From sequence record MH460460.1: DNA of 64,000 bases. The stretch is one strand, 5' to 3'. Each line of letters begins with the position of its first letter. Position 1 is the stretch's first letter. The notes beneath the pieces were generated by a model, which did no database searches, was not told the DNA's origin, and worked only from the letters and a program-made list of their open reading frames with translations. This document shows positions 1-9,707 of this stretch, in pieces. The position numbers and the translations under genes were made by a program.

Positions 1-106
1 GTGGTGTTTCAAATTCATCAAGACACCGAAAGGGAAAGATTTACTGCGTAAGAGCATTATCTCAAAAGGTAAATCTTCTTCTGACGATGACGGTGATGAT
101 GATTAA
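1..106 (+). CDS. 3' end of an upstream gene (partial, ends ...KGKSSSDDDGDDD*)
   Basis: Open frame from the window edge to TAA at 104-106, followed by a GC hairpin. Confidence 0.7.
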   Translation, partial: WCFKFIKTPKGKDLLRKSIISKGKSSSDDDGDDD

Positions 107-112
107 TTCTTT

Positions 113-134
113 GGCGGGGAAACCCGCCTTAGTT
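113..134 (+). terminator. Probable intrinsic terminator
   Basis: GGCGGG-GAAA-CCCGCC stem-loop followed by a T-rich stretch. Confidence 0.6.
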
Positions 135-147
135 TCAGGAGAAAGTA

Positions 148-549
148 ATGTCTGATTTTCTTCCATCCGATATTCGTCCCGGAACGCTGTTTGATAATCC
201 GGTTGAATATGTTCCGGAACTTTCACTTGCTCTTTTCAATCGCCTGTTGGTTGAACTCAAAAAGAATTCGGTATCCAGTAATCGCTTTGCGTTTATGGTT
301 GGCGATGCACTGCGCGAAAGTTTTGATGACTGTCGCCGTGGCGCGAGTGATATGTTGCTGTCGATGTATTTCGATCCGTACATGAAAGAACTTCCAAAAG
401 AATATTTGGGGGTTATTCTCGGTACTCCTATCTTCGCGAACTCTGATTTAAATCCCTATGCGCTTATTGCTGTAAGTTTCGCGCAATCCCGCGACGGCAA
501 ATATGATGCGCAATTTCAGACTGGTATTGATCTCACGCCAAATCTGTAA
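148..549 (+). CDS. Hypothetical protein
   Basis: 133-aa ORF with AGGAG RBS. Confidence 0.85.
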   Translation: MSDFLPSDIRPGTLFDNPVEYVPELSLALFNRLLVELKKNSVSSNRFAFMVGDALRESFDDCRRGASDMLLSMYFDPYMKELPKEYLGVILGTPIFANSDLNPYALIAVSFAQSRDGKYDAQFQTGIDLTPNL

Positions 550-552
550 ATA
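544..552 (+). promoter_or_regulatory. CTGTAAATA motif copy (candidate phage promoter core)
   Basis: The 9-mer recurs at 544, 4743, 52351, 53901, 59731 and 59776, all at gene ends or intergenic. Confidence 0.45.
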
Positions 553-602
553 GGTATTGAAGAATTGCTGTGTGTAGTCTTGCTCTCATAAAGAGCATTT
601 TC

Positions 603-628
603 GGGGCGCTTCGGTGCCCCATTTTTTT
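603..628 (+). terminator. Intrinsic terminator
   Basis: GGGGCGC-TTCG-GTGCCCC followed by a T run. Confidence 0.85.
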
Positions 629-666
629 TAACTCTCGATAGCCCAATGCGGGCAGGAGAAAATCAA

Positions 667-1446
667 ATGTCAAACTTCATTGAAGTGACCGTTATCCGCG
701 ATACTCAGGTATTAGACGGAATCATTCATGGCGCATACCGCCGCAATCGTGACGCAATGAAATCCGTTAAGGAAGCGTCAAAATTTAATAACACGCAAGA
801 AGTCGAATCTCTCAAGATGATGGTAAATCAAAACTTCTTCGCGTATGTCGATGTTACGAAAAAAGCTGCGGAGTCTGCAATCTTCTCTGCGCTCAAACGC
901 GATGACTCAGGTTTCATTACTACCGGTATTCATGTTTGCCAAAATGATTTTCGTGGAAGGTCTGCGCAAAGTCCTTCCATTATTTTCTCTGATAATCTCG
1001 AAGTGATTTCAGATCAGGATTTATCGTCGGCACTGCGCTCGATGTTTATAACGCTTTTCCGAAGCGGTGCGACATTCAAAAAGGCTTTCCGTTTTTATTG
1101 TTCCGGAAACTTTTCAGAAAAATTCTGCCGCTGTTTAGCCGAAGCATATTACAATTTTAAAATCGACGGTGTGGGTCATATCCATCCGTACACCGGAACG
1201 AAGTCGATGCCTATTCCGGCGCAGGATCTTCACTCGCTGTTCATTGAGAATCGTACACCAAATAAAGAACTGGATAGTGCGAAATATATTGTTGTCGGCG
1301 AAGACCACGCAATTTATTATTCAGACCAGTTAATTGATCGTCTGATTCGCTACTGCACTTCTCGCGATATTCCTTTGTACATTCCGGAACAGCGCTATCG
1401 TCAATTCGTGATTGGAACTCAAATTCATTTTGGAGTAATCGCGTGA
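667..1446 (+). CDS. Hypothetical protein
   Basis: ORF; ATG at 667 preferred because of the upstream AGGAG RBS. Confidence 0.8.
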   Translation: MSNFIEVTVIRDTQVLDGIIHGAYRRNRDAMKSVKEASKFNNTQEVESLKMMVNQNFFAYVDVTKKAAESAIFSALKRDDSGFITTGIHVCQNDFRGRSAQSPSIIFSDNLEVISDQDLSSALRSMFITLFRSGATFKKAFRFYCSGNFSEKFCRCLAEAYYNFKIDGVGHIHPYTGTKSMPIPAQDLHSLFIENRTPNKELDSAKYIVVGEDHAIYYSDQLIDRLIRYCTSRDIPLYIPEQRYRQFVIGTQIHFGVIA

Positions 1447-2021
1447 AAATAAATTTTGTGAACGACACGAACCCTAAAGCGTATCGTGTCGGCTTGTCTG
1501 TGTTTAGCGATTCTCCGGAAATGGAAAAACGCATTACGGACAATTTTAACAAGCAGCCAGACACGTTGCATTATTCTCGCCTTACTCAAATCGTTCGTGA
1601 TCGCCTGTGTGAGTTTGGCGTCAATATTCCTTTTGAGTGCGGCGCTGTTTTAAATCCTGTTTATGTGATTGCGTTTCGTAGCAGCTTTCTTGCCGTGCCT
1701 CTTCGCTTAGTTCAATTTATTGCGGAAGCGCATAGAGAAGTCTACGATCAGGCAGAGGCTTTTGCAGGTTGTCCTCGGCAAGAACTTGCGGCCTCTGTTA
1801 CTGCAACGCTTCAAGTTCGCGCCATAGAGCTTGGATATTTGAATCTTGATTTCCGCATTAGCGATTCTATGGATCTGAATATTCTGGCTGGATCGTATTC
1901 GGTGCATGTTGATTTTTCTAATCAGGTTTTGGAAATCACGCACGAAAAAGTTCGGCATGTCGGAACGATTGATTATATTCTGTTGGATTTATTTGGAGAA
2001 CATCATGACTGTAGCCACTGA
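1443..2021 (+). CDS. Hypothetical protein
   Basis: GTG start overlaps the upstream stop (GTGA). Confidence 0.8.
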   Translation: MKINFVNDTNPKAYRVGLSVFSDSPEMEKRITDNFNKQPDTLHYSRLTQIVRDRLCEFGVNIPFECGAVLNPVYVIAFRSSFLAVPLRLVQFIAEAHREVYDQAEAFAGCPRQELAASVTATLQVRAIELGYLNLDFRISDSMDLNILAGSYSVHVDFSNQVLEITHEKVRHVGTIDYILLDLFGEHHDCSH

Positions 2022-2538
2022 AATCGTTCAAAATTTTATTTCGCATATCTCTGAAAAACTTAACGGTACTCCTGATTATAGCAACACCGATCAGGGCGTC
2101 ATGGTTCAAATTGAAATCAAAGCGTCGCAGAATCTATCGGGGAAAATTGATTTGTCTATCGCGAATGAAGACGAAATCAAAAAATCTTATCCCCACGGTT
2201 TTCATATTCTGCGTGTCTTCGATACGCAATCGTTCCTGATCGCTTCCGGTTATGGCCGACCTGAGCATATGTATGTTTTGCAATTTGAAGTTTTGGCAAA
2301 GCAAGAAAATGAAATGTCGGCAGAAGAAAAAGCCGATGAGAAAGAGCGTATTAAAAATCTCAAAGCGCAGCAACAAGTCGAGGCAGATTCTCTGGTTCTT
2401 ACTTCTCTGGAAAATGGAATCGTCGATCTGATTCGTGCTAGTGATGATAAAATTCAGGCGTATGATGAAATGACGGATGCGAAAAAGAAAGTAATCCGCT
2501 CTCATTTGAACACCTTGCTGGCGCTGATGCGTTTGTAA
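2005..2538 (+). CDS. Hypothetical protein with central coiled coil
   Basis: GGAG RBS before ATG 2005; charged helical segment EEKADEKERIKNLKAQQQ. Confidence 0.8.
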   Translation: MTVATEIVQNFISHISEKLNGTPDYSNTDQGVMVQIEIKASQNLSGKIDLSIANEDEIKKSYPHGFHILRVFDTQSFLIASGYGRPEHMYVLQFEVLAKQENEMSAEEKADEKERIKNLKAQQQVEADSLVLTSLENGIVDLIRASDDKIQAYDEMTDAKKKVIRSHLNTLLALMRL

Positions 2539-2618
2539 AAACTTAGCCCACCAACGATTTCCTCCATAATTTATTTTGGTAGCATAGATTTGTTACTACA
2601 ATAATAAGAGGACACGTT

Positions 2619-2867
2619 ATGGCGAATCGCGGTGAAATTAGACTCGCATATAATCAGCGTCGTGATCAGTGGTTCTCTAAGGAGGAAGAAATTTCTTCTG
2701 CGAAAACCGTTGCATTCGTTGACTGCCGTATGTTTGTCCAATGCACATCCGATTGTGTTTCCGAACAATCCACCGATAAGAAAGTAATTTCTTACTACCG
2801 TGAGAATGCGCTTGTTGGTCAAGTCGTGTGGGTCGAAGAGGAAGTTCACTTTCGACTTATGATCTAA
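2619..2867 (+). CDS. Hypothetical protein
   Basis: 82-aa ORF with GAGGA RBS. Confidence 0.8.
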   Translation: MANRGEIRLAYNQRRDQWFSKEEEISSAKTVAFVDCRMFVQCTSDCVSEQSTDKKVISYYRENALVGQVVWVEEEVHFRLMI

Positions 2868-2873
2868 AAAACC

Positions 2874-2915
2874 AAAGGCTACTTTTTCTCTGGGGAAAGT
2901 AGCCTTTTTTATTTT
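2874..2915 (+). terminator. Intrinsic terminator
   Basis: AAAGGCTACTTT...AAAGTAGCCTTT stem followed by a T run. Confidence 0.8.
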
Positions 2916-2930
2916 CCGTGAGGATTCCAT

Positions 2931-4748
2931 ATGTCTACTATTTCTTTGTCGCAGAAGAGTCAAGAGATTGCCTCTCTGTCGGCATCTGTTGCGCAAAAGG
3001 AAGCTGCAAAGTTTCTTTTTGGCAAAAACTATTTGAAGATCCTTGAGACAATCGAGAAACTTGCGAAGTCGAAAGTGGTTGTATCGCCTCAATTGCGTGG
3101 TCTGCTTCTGATGATGCGCGATGCAGAAGACGCAGAGATCATTAAGTTTCAGAAATCCGTGCCGGGTAAAGCAACCATCAAAGCCGCGCAGGATCTGCTT
3201 AAAGCAAAAACTCTGGATGCAAGTTTGAAAGCATTCCGTGGAATAAAGGTTGCGAAGAAATGGACGCAGGAGGCAGGCAAAACAAAAGACGTGACGAAGC
3301 CTGTTCCGAAAGTTAAACCTGCTCGCCAGCCTAAACCTGCGCCGGAAGAAAAACCTGTTCTGAAAGTTGGTGAACAAGTTAAGTCTGCACCGAAAATTGG
3401 AACGCCTCAAATTCCTGATCTCACCAATAAACCAAATCCGGATACCAAATTCGGCAAACTGGTTAATGACACCGTTCGCGTTATCGTGAATGCTGCATAC
3501 CTGATCGATGATTCAATGATCATGCTGACCAAAAACGGCGGCTATCAAATTCGTATCTATCCAAAAGTTACTGACAACCCGCGTGAAGATCTCGCTTATG
3601 GGATCATTGTTCATAAAGACGAAACTTTCAGTTACGGTGTTTATGACAAAAACGGTATCGGTAAAACTGTCGGCAGTGATACCAACATGCGCAAAGCAGT
3701 GTCGCGCATTATTCACGAAATCGAAACCAACAACCCGACCAATGCTAACGCGTTTCAGGTTGCTTTCGGTAGAGGCAAAGCAAAAGACGATCATAAATCT
3801 GAAACCGTTCTGGTTGATGAAATTTCTGATGTGTTGCCGCAAACTCTGGATAAAAAGTTTGAGAACTATACCGATCACGTTAAAGCGATTGGCGATAACC
3901 TCAAACGAAATATTCCCGGCCTGAAAACTAAATTGCTTCCTCGCGGTCTGGAATTGATCATGGGGCAGGATGAATTCGGCACGCTGAAATTCGGTGATGG
4001 GCGTTGGTTACTCACGCCTTATAAACGCGTACACAAGACGGTTGATATCGGGCAGAACTATGACGCAGGCTACGTGATTCAAACACTGAAAGATATGTTT
4101 GAGGCTGATCGTAAACGTGCTGCGCGTAAAGAAAAAACTCACGGCGTAACAGATAACCTGATGTTGAAATACAAACAGGATATGATGAGCGCACTGGCAA
4201 GTAGCGATCTGAAACTGTTCGACGAAGTTCATAACGGAAAAGAAACCAACGACGATAATCTTGTTTGGGATATGTCGTATCGTATGCCTGAAACTGGAAT
4301 CTCGTTGCCTGTTTCTATTCGCTATAATCGCCGTCGTGGTTACAGCTTTGGATTGAATGGCGCACCTTACACGATGATTCAACCGGGCGTAGCTCAGAAC
4401 ATTGGTAAGTTTGTTCGCGCTCTCAAATCCACTATTGCCGCTGTTGTGAAAGGTAGCAGTAAAAAATATGCGCTTGTTGATGGGCGTCCGTTTACTCCGG
4501 GAACTGGCGTGCTGCACGCGAAAGCGAAAGCGGTTGATATTCGCTGCACGCAAACAGCAATTTTCCTTACTGGTAATCCTGCGGCGGTTTCGACTTTGTT
4601 CGACGGAAGTTTCAAACAGCCTCTGCTGGATTCTAAAGGTACGGCAACCGTGAACCGTGCGGCACCGAACAACTATCGCATTCTCTGCAATAATGAGGAA
4701 GTGCGTGATCAAATCCTGATGGGTGCAAACATCATCCGGAAACTGTAA
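2931..4748 (+). CDS. Large basic multi-domain hypothetical protein
   Basis: 605 aa, GAGGA RBS, Lys-rich N-terminal part and a Pro/Lys linker (KPVPKVKPARQPKPAPEEKP). Confidence 0.85.
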   Translation: MSTISLSQKSQEIASLSASVAQKEAAKFLFGKNYLKILETIEKLAKSKVVVSPQLRGLLLMMRDAEDAEIIKFQKSVPGKATIKAAQDLLKAKTLDASLKAFRGIKVAKKWTQEAGKTKDVTKPVPKVKPARQPKPAPEEKPVLKVGEQVKSAPKIGTPQIPDLTNKPNPDTKFGKLVNDTVRVIVNAAYLIDDSMIMLTKNGGYQIRIYPKVTDNPREDLAYGIIVHKDETFSYGVYDKNGIGKTVGSDTNMRKAVSRIIHEIETNNPTNANAFQVAFGRGKAKDDHKSETVLVDEISDVLPQTLDKKFENYTDHVKAIGDNLKRNIPGLKTKLLPRGLELIMGQDEFGTLKFGDGRWLLTPYKRVHKTVDIGQNYDAGYVIQTLKDMFEADRKRAARKEKTHGVTDNLMLKYKQDMMSALASSDLKLFDEVHNGKETNDDNLVWDMSYRMPETGISLPVSIRYNRRRGYSFGLNGAPYTMIQPGVAQNIGKFVRALKSTIAAVVKGSSKKYALVDGRPFTPGTGVLHAKAKAVDIRCTQTAIFLTGNPAAVSTLFDGSFKQPLLDSKGTATVNRAAPNNYRILCNNEEVRDQILMGANIIRKL

Positions 4749-4753
4749 ATATT

Positions 4754-4783
4754 AGGGAGTGGGCGAAAGCTCATTCCCTTTTT
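4754..4783 (+). terminator. Intrinsic terminator, identical 30-bp copy at 14557-14586
   Basis: AGGGAGTGGGC-GAAA-GCTCATTCCCT followed by Ts. Confidence 0.85.
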
Positions 4784-4800
4784 CAATTCTGGAGCCAAAA

Positions 4801-5394
4801 ATGTCCTCTGTTTCATGTCTGGTGATTCGCTGTAATCAAAAACAATTCGAAGCGAAAGAAATCTTTTCGTATCTTCGAATCAAAGCAAAACTTTCTACCG
4901 TCTCTGCTGTTATGCTCGCTGTTGAAGACGCAGGACGCTATTCGTTTTATATCCTGCGCGATCTGTTTTATTTCCGTAACGTGTCGAAAACGAAAACTGA
5001 CAAGCCGTTTACTATCAAGTGGACAGAACATCCGGAACCGGTAACGCAAAACCAATTGCTTGATGGCAACCGCTGGCACCTGACGCAGTTTTTTAATTCC
5101 GACCGTGGTTTGGATTCCGGATATATGGTTTCAGAATTGCAGACCGCAACCAATGTTAGCCTGACGCATTGCCAACGTTTCTTTGTTGATCCGGAAACCA
5201 CTGTTCCGCGCAATCGCGTTAAGCGTGTTGTTGAGCGCAATCCGTTTTTGAAATCTGCTACGGTTGGTGAAATCATTCGCGAAATGAATCGCCGTGGCTA
5301 TGAAATGACTTACGCACCGAAAGAGAACAGCAATGAAAAAGATGGGAACGGTAACGGTTCTGTCGTTGAAGGACAAAGCGCCGAAGAACGTTGA
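4801..5394 (+). CDS. Hypothetical protein
   Basis: ATG 4801 with GGAG RBS; the track's earlier GTG lies inside the terminator. Confidence 0.8.
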   Translation: MSSVSCLVIRCNQKQFEAKEIFSYLRIKAKLSTVSAVMLAVEDAGRYSFYILRDLFYFRNVSKTKTDKPFTIKWTEHPEPVTQNQLLDGNRWHLTQFFNSDRGLDSGYMVSELQTATNVSLTHCQRFFVDPETTVPRNRVKRVVERNPFLKSATVGEIIREMNRRGYEMTYAPKENSNEKDGNGNGSVVEGQSAEER

Positions 5395-5974
5395 TTTGGA
5401 TATCACTCCAGTTTCTACTGATGACGAGTGGAGCGCGTTAAGCCCTTTTAAACTCGGCCCTTGTCGAACGGCAGGCGGTACTTTATTTTTCAATTTCGAA
5501 AATCTCTGGCAGTACAGTAAAGTTTATCCGGAACATCTGGAATCAGATAACGATCTTCTTTGCGGAGAAGTTGCTTCGGAATGGTTTCGCTGGCACATGA
5601 GCGGCGCACGCGAAAGAAGAGGCATTCGCTATCCTATGGGGAAAGGAGCAAAAGCAAAATTCTCCGTTTGGGGAAACCTGCGCCTTTCCTATATCTCAGC
5701 ACGTAAAATGATTTACGTTCCTGAATATTCAAAACTGCTTTTGGCTAACACGAAGTTCCGAAAACTTTTAAGGCAGTACAATAAAGGCGCTAACATTGTC
5801 ATTCGTGATTACGATACTTACGATGCTTTGAAAGCGTATGCGAATAAAAAAGAACATCATCCGTTTCTTTATGCGTTGAATAATCCTGATAAGAAATTCG
5901 GTCATGGTTTCGTTATTGGCATGGCGCTGATGTTGAACCCTGTTCCCGGATGGTACGATCAATGGGTGCTGTAA
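5333..5974 (+). CDS. NADAR-superfamily-like / DUF6939-like protein
   Basis: Motifs FENLWQYSKVY, SARKMIYVPEY and GHGFVI recall NADAR-related phage proteins; recognised from memory only. Confidence 0.45.
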   Translation: MKKMGTVTVLSLKDKAPKNVDLDITPVSTDDEWSALSPFKLGPCRTAGGTLFFNFENLWQYSKVYPEHLESDNDLLCGEVASEWFRWHMSGARERRGIRYPMGKGAKAKFSVWGNLRLSYISARKMIYVPEYSKLLLANTKFRKLLRQYNKGANIVIRDYDTYDALKAYANKKEHHPFLYALNNPDKKFGHGFVIGMALMLNPVPGWYDQWVL

Positions 5975-6663
5975 TGTATAACGTAAACGAACCTCTAAGC
6001 CCAATGTTGAGAGATATAAAAATGCGTTCAATGCCTATGAAAACTTTATTTATCAGCGTCACCGATTCTCAGTTTGGTACTCATGCCGCTCGTATCTCCA
6101 ATGAACTGGCTAAAGTTCTTCTTGCTGATCCGGTTGAGTCCGTTTGTGTTCTGCGCAAAACCAATTCTAATCTGCACGTTTTCGAAATCTATTTCTGCAA
6201 ATCGGCGGAGATTGATTTCAACGGCGCAGAATACCACGTTCGTTTTGTTCCGCTCTCGCGCCCGGTAGCAACTTATCCCGGCACCGGAATGTTCGATCCG
6301 TCGATTCTGAATAGCGCTATTGAAAACGGTTCGCTGCTGAACGATCAGCTTTTCACTTCTGAAATGCAACGTGCTTCCAGACAAACGCTCTCGCCTGTTG
6401 TGATGAATGCCTCTGTTCGTCACCGCATCGGTGATTACTCTGCGCATCTGACTGCGAAAGATAACACGATTAAGGCGCTCAACGACGAACTGAATTTACA
6501 TCGCGCCGTTCTGCGCAAAGACTATTGGATTTGGGAGGACGATTTTAAATCTAATGGTTTGGACTCATTGAACTGCCCAATCTTAATTTCTCCGGAACAG
6601 TTACGCAGTCTGATTCTCGCTGCAACGCGAAGTTCAGAACTTGCTTTGGAGATTAGTGAGTAA
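5974..6663 (+). CDS. Hypothetical protein
   Basis: TAATG overlap with the previous gene. Confidence 0.8.
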   Translation: MYNVNEPLSPMLRDIKMRSMPMKTLFISVTDSQFGTHAARISNELAKVLLADPVESVCVLRKTNSNLHVFEIYFCKSAEIDFNGAEYHVRFVPLSRPVATYPGTGMFDPSILNSAIENGSLLNDQLFTSEMQRASRQTLSPVVMNASVRHRIGDYSAHLTAKDNTIKALNDELNLHRAVLRKDYWIWEDDFKSNGLDSLNCPILISPEQLRSLILAATRSSELALEISE

Positions 6664-6980
6664 TGTTCAGCACAATGATGTTTATTCGTGTCTTCGGATC
6701 TAGTTACATGATCAATCCTACTCTGATTGATGCCGGACGAAAAACTGTCGTAGTAGATCCGAAAGATTTTGTTCCACTGATTCCCGGCTTTGTTGTCGGT
6801 GCGCCTTACGCTATTTGCCCGTTGCCTAAAATCTTGAAAAAGGTTGGGTGTGATTGGCGAGTAAAATCTTTCGAGCGCCTCGAATCGGGCAAATGGCGCT
6901 ACTTGTTTCATTACCTTAATACGGAATGGACAGTAGAAATGATCGTGGGAAAAGATTATGGGAAAGTTATCAAAGGCTGA
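6663..6980 (+). CDS. Hypothetical protein
   Basis: TAATG overlap; 105 aa. Confidence 0.75.
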   Translation: MFSTMMFIRVFGSSYMINPTLIDAGRKTVVVDPKDFVPLIPGFVVGAPYAICPLPKILKKVGCDWRVKSFERLESGKWRYLFHYLNTEWTVEMIVGKDYGKVIKG

Positions 6981-8127
6981 TCAGATTCGTCATGCGCAGG
7001 CGATGGATCTAATCAATAGTGATAAACCTCTCACGTTCGATCAGAAACTTTTTGTGTATGAAAACTATTTCGAAAGCGCTACCAGTAACGTGCGTGAACT
7101 CGGAAGTTTTCATACACCTCTTTCTTACGCGTGGGATTTTGAATTAGATATTCAAGGATATGGATCGCTCGTTGACCTGTGCGCAGGCACGGGCATTTTG
7201 TCGTTCTGCTACAGACACCGCATGAAATACTATCATCCGGATGAAGTGCCTACGATTGTTTGCGTGGAAATAAATAAAGAATACTGCGACATAGGCAAGA
7301 GACTTTTGCCCGAAGCAATTTGGGTAAACGATGATGCGTTGACTCATGATGTTTTGCAGTATCTTGATCCGTGTACGAAATTTAAGAATGCGATAAGCAA
7401 TCCACCATTCGGATATTTGAAAACGTCCGAACATATGGGAAAATATCGCGGGAAAGATTTTGAATTTCGAATCATAGAGCGTGCCTCACAAGTAGCGGAA
7501 TATGGTTCGTTCATTATCCCACAACAAAGCGCCCCGTTCACATATTCTGGAACGAGACACTATCAGGAACGAGATAGCAAAAAATATATCAACTTCCACA
7601 AAGATACCGGCATCGAATTAACAGCGGGTATCGGCGTAGATAGTTCCGTCTACAAAGATGAATGGAAAAATACTTCGATACTCTGCGAAGATGTACAAGC
7701 AGACTTCACGAAGGAGCCAAACAGAATGAAGCAACGATTGAAATTGATGCACGGCGACACGCTGGAAAAAATCAGAACGATTCCTGATACCAGTGTGGAT
7801 CTGATCGTGTTCAGTACCGTTAATAAACGTTGGACTGATCCGATTCAAATGCAGGAACTCTATGAAGAGTTTATGCGCGTGAAAACTGATAACGGAATCA
7901 TCATCGTTACAACCGGGCATCGTTTAGATCCTAAAACATATCATGCGCTGATCAAAAAGCACTGTCCTAAAAATGGAGTGGTGTTAGATCCTTATATGCT
8001 GCGCGGATACACCGGATACATTTGCGCGAAACTCCAACTCAAGTATATAGGCATCGAGCAAGATCCTCTCTTTTACTCGGTTTGTAAAAGTTACATTGTT
8101 GATGCGTATAAAAAGTTCAGTCAATAA
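6958..8127 (+). CDS. DNA N6-adenine methyltransferase (gamma-type motif order) fused to a degenerate MTase-like C-terminal domain
   Basis: SAM-binding VDLCAGTG precedes catalytic NPPF; C-terminal LMHGDTLEKI...SVDLI...VVLDPY...YIGIE lacks a (D/S)PPY motif. Confidence 0.85.
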   Translation: MGKLSKADQIRHAQAMDLINSDKPLTFDQKLFVYENYFESATSNVRELGSFHTPLSYAWDFELDIQGYGSLVDLCAGTGILSFCYRHRMKYYHPDEVPTIVCVEINKEYCDIGKRLLPEAIWVNDDALTHDVLQYLDPCTKFKNAISNPPFGYLKTSEHMGKYRGKDFEFRIIERASQVAEYGSFIIPQQSAPFTYSGTRHYQERDSKKYINFHKDTGIELTAGIGVDSSVYKDEWKNTSILCEDVQADFTKEPNRMKQRLKLMHGDTLEKIRTIPDTSVDLIVFSTVNKRWTDPIQMQELYEEFMRVKTDNGIIIVTTGHRLDPKTYHALIKKHCPKNGVVLDPYMLRGYTGYICAKLQLKYIGIEQDPLFYSVCKSYIVDAYKKFSQ

Positions 8128-8140
8128 TTAGAGGAAACGT

Positions 8141-8329
8141 ATGAGGAAAACTCCAGTAGCCGTTTGCGTAAACTCTGCGTTGATGCGCGGTGCAACTATA
8201 GCTGCCTATTCAGAAGAATATAACTGGCATTACGTTCCAATCTCTGACGAAGAATTTTTGCGTCGCGTAGTAGCAAACGGCAAGTCTGCATTAATAAAGG
8301 ATCGACAATGGGAAAGCTCAAAGTTTTAG
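8141..8329 (+). CDS. Small hypothetical protein
   Basis: GAGGA RBS; fills the gap between the two MTases. Confidence 0.7.
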   Translation: MRKTPVAVCVNSALMRGATIAAYSEEYNWHYVPISDEEFLRRVVANGKSALIKDRQWESSKF

Positions 8330-9531
8330 TTGGCGACTGCAAAAGGAGTTTGAAAAAGATTCCTGACGCCAGTGTTCAAATGTGCGTAACAAGTCCTCCT
8401 TATTACGGTCTGCGTGATTACGGAAACCCTGCGCAGATCGGATTGGAGGAAACGCCGGAACAGTACATTGAATCTTTGGTAGAAGTTTTTCGTGAAGTGA
8501 AGCGCACGCTTAAAGATGATGGCGTGTTGTGGTTGAACATCGGCGATAGCTACTACAATCCTTCGAAAAAGAAACACAAAAATCTTAAAGGAAAAGATTT
8601 GATCGGCATTCCGTGGATGCTCGCTTTCGCATTACGTGAGGACGGTTGGTATTTACGGCAAGATATCATCTGGCAGAAAACATCGCCTATGCCTGAAAGC
8701 GTTCGTGACCGCTGCACCGGAAGCCACGAATACATGTTTCTTCTCGCTAAGTCTCCGAAATATTATTTCGATAACGAGGCGATCAAAACTCCTGTTAAGC
8801 AGGATTGGGGAACACGTAATCGCAAGGATGGGAAGTATCACAACGAAGGAACCGGATTGCAGCCACATTCCGGATTAGAAAAAAGTTATTCCAAAGCGAA
8901 CAAGCGAAGTGTTTGGACGCTCGCGCCTCAGCCGTTCAAAGGCGCACACTTTGCAGTCTATCCACCGGATTTAATTCTGCCTTGTATTCTCGCAGGATCG
9001 AGAAAAGGCGATACCGTTTTAGATCCGTTTGGCGGTTCCGGAACAACGGCGGCAGTAGCGAAATATTTAAATCGCAATGCAATCCTTTGTGAGTTGAATC
9101 CTGAATACGCAAAAATAATGCCGCAGCGTGTCGAGAGTGTTCTCGCAAACTATGCTGCAAAGAAAAAATCCCCACTTACTTTATTACGCGAACCTAAAAA
9201 CTTGCGAAAAGTTAAGAAGGGAAGTGCTGATCTGATAGTTGTTGAAAAATTCGATCTGCCTATCTCTGAAATCTCACGAATCAAATCTGACAATGGTTCT
9301 GCTTTTGTCTTGGATAGAAAACTTTCGGTGAAAGAACTTACTGAACTTATTCTGTCGAACACAACGGAAGGCCAAACAGTTTTCTCACCAAACATCCGGA
9401 AAGGAAGAATCGGTGTTGTGTGCGCTAAACTGAATCGTCGTCTGATAGGAATCGGTCATAAACATTATGACGAGGCCAAAGAGAAGATCGTTAAGAGCTA
9501 TCGCAAGCACTATAAAGAACAATCCGCGTAA
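8308..9531 (+). CDS. Beta-class N4-cytosine/N6-adenine DNA methyltransferase fused to a degenerate MTase-like C-terminal domain
   Basis: Catalytic TSPPY precedes SAM-binding VLDPFGGSGTT; also HFAVYPPDL and ELNPEY. Confidence 0.92.
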   Translation: MGKLKVLVGDCKRSLKKIPDASVQMCVTSPPYYGLRDYGNPAQIGLEETPEQYIESLVEVFREVKRTLKDDGVLWLNIGDSYYNPSKKKHKNLKGKDLIGIPWMLAFALREDGWYLRQDIIWQKTSPMPESVRDRCTGSHEYMFLLAKSPKYYFDNEAIKTPVKQDWGTRNRKDGKYHNEGTGLQPHSGLEKSYSKANKRSVWTLAPQPFKGAHFAVYPPDLILPCILAGSRKGDTVLDPFGGSGTTAAVAKYLNRNAILCELNPEYAKIMPQRVESVLANYAAKKKSPLTLLREPKNLRKVKKGSADLIVVEKFDLPISEISRIKSDNGSAFVLDRKLSVKELTELILSNTTEGQTVFSPNIRKGRIGVVCAKLNRRLIGIGHKHYDEAKEKIVKSYRKHYKEQSA

Positions 9532-9588
9532 GTCTCCCGGCGGGGAAATGGAATGCCCCGCAAAACTCCCTTCTCTTTGTCCTTTGAA

Positions 9589-9645
9589 GTCTACAAATCG
9601 CTGTCCAAAATACCGCTCGAAACTCCCCTATTTTCTTGATATCCT
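9589..9645 (+). promoter_or_regulatory. Bipartite-box promoter, copy 1
   Basis: GTCTACAAA-N4-TGTCCAAAA-N29-TATCCT. Confidence 0.75.
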
Positions 9646-9707
9646 AAACCCTCTAGGGCGCATTGCGTCCACATACTGTCAATAACCCAAATAAAGGATT
9701 CATCTAT

